Positions 60,978-64,000 of a DNA stretch of 64,000 nt are shown here, in pieces (position 1 is the first letter of the stretch; every line of letters starts with the position of its first letter). The stretch is taken from NCBI GenBank assembly GCA_963676915.2, contig CAXXVK010000033.1, forward strand, positions 1 through 64,000, given 5' to 3'. Origin of the DNA: Myxococcota bacterium. Lineage in GTDB: Bacteria; Myxococcota_A; SURF-8; G963663525. Position numbers and translations under genes: made by a program. The notes beneath the pieces are model-generated. The model was not told where the DNA came from, did no database searches, and saw only the letters and a program-made list of their open reading frames with translations.

Positions 60978-62003
60978 ATGTCCGCTGCTACAAACAAACA
61001 ACAAAACCAGGGCGATGAAATCGATGGCGCGTTGAAAGCTGCCTTGTTGCTTGTCCACTTGAATGAAGACGATGCCGCCGAGATGTTCAGCATGATGACG
61101 CGACGAGAGATTCGGATGCTGTCGATGGCGGCACGGGATCTGAATAAAATTCCGCTGGATCAGGTGGAGGTGGTGCTCAACGAATTTGTGGATGAAATGT
61201 ACGTAGGTAACGCGGAATTGCGCGGCGGTGCGGAATATGTCGTGGAATTGGCCGAAAAAAGCCTTGGTGTCGAGAAGGCCAGGGAAGTCTTGCAGGAAAC
61301 GGAAAGCGATCTATTGCTCGATGCGTTGAGCGAACTGGATACCCGCACCTTGGGTAATTTGCTGCGCAAAGAGCATCCACAGACTGTAGCTTTGATTCTG
61401 TCGCACCTCGATCCGGTTCGAGCCGGTGAAGTGCTTGCCTTGCTGCCCGAGGAAAAACAACCCGAAATGTTACGGCGCGTCGCCAAGTTGGAGAGTGTCA
61501 GCCCGGACGTGATCAAACTGCTGGCCGATGCCTTCGTTCACGAAGTGCAGATCAGCGGTGGCAAAGGGATTTACAGCAAAGTCGGTGGAATCAACGTCGT
61601 AGCCGATATCATGAACTCCATGGAGAAAAGCAACGAACAGCAGTTGATGACCAACCTGGAGGATATCGACCAGACCCTTGCCGACGAAGTACGTCAGTTG
61701 ATGTTCGTCTTCGACGATATCGTTTATCTCGATGACCGGGGTATCCAGACGCTACTTAAGGAAATCGATCGTGAAACCTTGGTGTTGGCGCTCAAAGCTG
61801 CCGACGAAGAACTCAAGGAGCGCGTGTTCAAGAATCTTTCTTCTCGTGCGGTGGAAATGATCATCGACGATATGGAGGGCCGTGGTCCGGTACGTTTGAG
61901 TGATGTGGAGAAAGCACAAGCCGAAATCGTGCAAGTAGCGCTGAAACTGTCCGATACGGGGTTGATCGAGTTGACCAAGGGTGATGGGGATGACTTTGTT
62001 TGA
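60978..62003 (+). CDS. fliG: Flagellar motor switch protein FliG
   Basis: KAALLL, EHPQT, MFVFDD, NLSSRA and GPVRLSDVE motifs. Confidence 0.97.
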   Translation: MSAATNKQQNQGDEIDGALKAALLLVHLNEDDAAEMFSMMTRREIRMLSMAARDLNKIPLDQVEVVLNEFVDEMYVGNAELRGGAEYVVELAEKSLGVEKAREVLQETESDLLLDALSELDTRTLGNLLRKEHPQTVALILSHLDPVRAGEVLALLPEEKQPEMLRRVAKLESVSPDVIKLLADAFVHEVQISGGKGIYSKVGGINVVADIMNSMEKSNEQQLMTNLEDIDQTLADEVRQLMFVFDDIVYLDDRGIQTLLKEIDRETLVLALKAADEELKERVFKNLSSRAVEMIIDDMEGRGPVRLSDVEKAQAEIVQVALKLSDTGLIELTKGDGDDFV

Positions 62004-62721
62004 TACGGATAACAAATCCGGGGCGAAACCGGCTTCGATTTTTCCTGCCGAAAAGGAAAAACCGGCAGAAGAAGTCAGAGTATTTTGTTTTGATGATGTG
62101 ACTTCGGGAGCGTCGCAAAGTGCACCTCAACCCGAACCCGTTGATACGCCGCCGGAAACGGTGGAAACTCCCGAACCCGCCCAGGAAGAAGAAAAACAGG
62201 AATTGGCTCGGCAGCTTGAGGAAGTCGAAAGAGAATCCTATCGCCGAGGAATGGAAGATGCCCGTCGGGAAACCTATGCCGAATTGGAAAAGCTTTCTCA
62301 GCGTATGACGGGTGCTATTGCCTATTTACACAATGCCTTGTCGAAGGCCGAACAAGCGATGACGCACGAAGCGTTGACGTTGGCATTGATGGTGGCGGAA
62401 AAAGTCATTGCACGAAAAATCACCGACGATACGGACAGTTTGATTTCTACCGTTGTTGCCGCTTCCGAAGTTCTGGATGGCAACCAACCGTTGCGAATTG
62501 TGTGCAACACGAACAATGCCGAGCGCCTGCACGGAATTCTCGATGACCTGAGCGTTAATATCGGTGTCGAAGGAGTGGCCGTGGAGGAAGATCCCCGTAT
62601 GGAAAGCGGAGATTTCATGCTGTATCAAGGCGTATCGAATCTGGATGCTCGTATGAAAACGAGGCTGGCGCGTATCGAAAACGCCCTTTTCCGCGAACTC
62701 GGCTTGGAAGTCAAACGGTAA
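61990..62721 (+). CDS. fliH: Flagellar assembly protein FliH
   Basis: Between fliG and fliI; YRRGMED, EKVI and DPRMESGD..LDAR motifs. Confidence 0.85.
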   Translation: MTLFDTDNKSGAKPASIFPAEKEKPAEEVRVFCFDDVTSGASQSAPQPEPVDTPPETVETPEPAQEEEKQELARQLEEVERESYRRGMEDARRETYAELEKLSQRMTGAIAYLHNALSKAEQAMTHEALTLALMVAEKVIARKITDDTDSLISTVVAASEVLDGNQPLRIVCNTNNAERLHGILDDLSVNIGVEGVAVEEDPRMESGDFMLYQGVSNLDARMKTRLARIENALFRELGLEVKR

Positions 62722-62757
62722 ACCAATTTAAATCGATAATATTCAGGAGGGTTCGAC

Positions 62758-64000
62758 GTGCCTATTCTCGATCTCGAAGGCTGTCAGCGTGCATTGGCCG
62801 AACCGGATCTCATCAGTGGCGGTAGTGTTACGAGGGTTACCGGGGATACGATCGAAGCCTCTTTGGCTTGCGCACAGACTGGAGCGATTTACTGTATTCC
62901 CGGTGAAGGAAACCGAGAAGATCTTTTGACCGAAGTTATCGGATTTCGCAATGAAAACACAATCTTGGCTCCATTTGGGTCGCCACGGGGAATCGGGCCG
63001 GGAGATTCCGTGCTGCCCGAAGGTCTAACCGACGAGCAGGAAGTTTCCGACGCCGTAATGGGTCGAATTCTGGATGCCTTCGGTCGTCCGCTTGATGCTG
63101 GTCCGCCTCTGACCGGGAAACACCGTGTTCCTTTGTATCGACAAGCACCCAATCCATTACAAAGAGAGCCGATCAAAGAGGTTCTGGCGACCGGAATTGC
63201 AGCGCTGGATGGAATGATCACGGTTGGACGAGGTCAGCGCCTTGGAATTTTCGCTGGAGCCGGTGTGGGAAAAAGCACGCTTTTGGGCATGATTGCACGT
63301 TTCAGTGAAGCGGATGTCAACGTGATCTGCCTGGTTGGCGAGCGCGGGCGTGAGGTTCGGGGATTTATCGAGCAAGAACTGGGCGAAGAAGGTCTGGCTC
63401 GATCGGTCGTGTTGGTCGCGGCAGGTGATCAGGCACCGATTCTTCGAATGCGGGTCGCGTTTTTAGCAACAACGCTGGCGGAATATTTCCGGGATAAAGG
63501 ACGCAAGGTTCTGCTGCTGATGGATTCCATTACCCGATTGGCCCAGGCTATGCGGGAAATCGGCCTGTCCGCAGGCGAACCGCCGACGACTCGGGGCTAT
63601 ACGCCCTCGGTGTTCAGTACTCTTCCTAAATTGGTCGAACGAGCCGGAAATAGCGAGGGAAGGGGAACGATGACCGCTTTTTATACCGTTCTCGTGGACG
63701 GTGACGACATGACCGAACCGGTAGCCGACACCATGAGAGGATTGTTGGACGGTCACATCTTGTTATCTCGTCGCTTGGCAGAGGCGGGACATTTTCCGGC
63801 AATCGATATTTCCGGTTCGTTGTCCCGGTTGGCAGTGGAGATCATCGACAAGCCGCACATGGAACTTTCGCGTCGTGTTCGGGAGGTGTTCAACTTGCGA
63901 AATGAAGTGGCGGATTTGCTTCAGGTTGGGGCGTATCAGAAGGGTTCCGACCCGGAAACGGATCGCGCGATTCAACTTTTCCCAAAGCTGGCCGATTTCT
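62758..64000 (+). CDS. fliI: Flagellar export ATPase FliI (3' truncated; not in the ORF track)
   Basis: RBS AGGAGG with GTG start; manual translation gives GRGQRLGIFAGAGVGKS, GERGREV, DSITR, GEPPTTRGY and LDGHILLSR. Confidence 0.95.
   Translation, partial: MPILDLEGCQRALAEPDLISGGSVTRVTGDTIEASLACAQTGAIYCIPGEGNREDLLTEVIGFRNENTILAPFGSPRGIGPGDSVLPEGLTDEQEVSDAVMGRILDAFGRPLDAGPPLTGKHRVPLYRQAPNPLQREPIKEVLATGIAALDGMITVGRGQRLGIFAGAGVGKSTLLGMIARFSEADVNVICLVGERGREVRGFIEQELGEEGLARSVVLVAAGDQAPILRMRVAFLATTLAEYFRDKGRKVLLLMDSITRLAQAMREIGLSAGEPPTTRGYTPSVFSTLPKLVERAGNSEGRGTMTAFYTVLVDGDDMTEPVADTMRGLLDGHILLSRRLAEAGHFPAIDISGSLSRLAVEIIDKPHMELSRRVREVFNLRNEVADLLQVGAYQKGSDPETDRAIQLFPKLADF

Overview
Bacterial chromosomal segment. 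The gene style (many acidic/Cys-rich lipoproteins, a MYXO-CTERM-like tail, FHA-TM-TPR proteins, fliW/csrA, sigma54 control) suggests a deltaproteobacterial or Myxococcota-like lineage, but this is inference. Order: glmU (3' part)-glmS; an EEP lipoprotein, a surface-anchored heparinase II/III-like protein and an unknown lipoprotein; yajC-secD-secF; two FHA membrane proteins; a radical SAM/SPASM gene followed by a lipoprotein with a long leader and four 8-Cys repeats; apbE-rseC-rnfC-[Cys/Asp-rich lipoprotein]-rnfDGEAB plus a D-cysteine desulfhydrase-like gene; a DUF1460 amidase-like gene; lgt; and about 32 kb of flagellar genes (fliW to fliL on the minus strand, a sigma54 regulator, a TPR protein, then flgBC-fliEFGHI on the plus strand). 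Many single-base frameshifts in short homopolymers, including in glmU and glmS, most likely reflect sequencing error. The best candidate for an undescribed system is the rSAM/SPASM plus repeat-lipoprotein pair (17.0-19.6 kb). Next are the lipoprotein inserted in the rnf operon, a degenerate AAA+ gene coupled to flgB, and an antisense fliJ-like gene. No tRNA, rRNA, CRISPR array or transposase was recognised.
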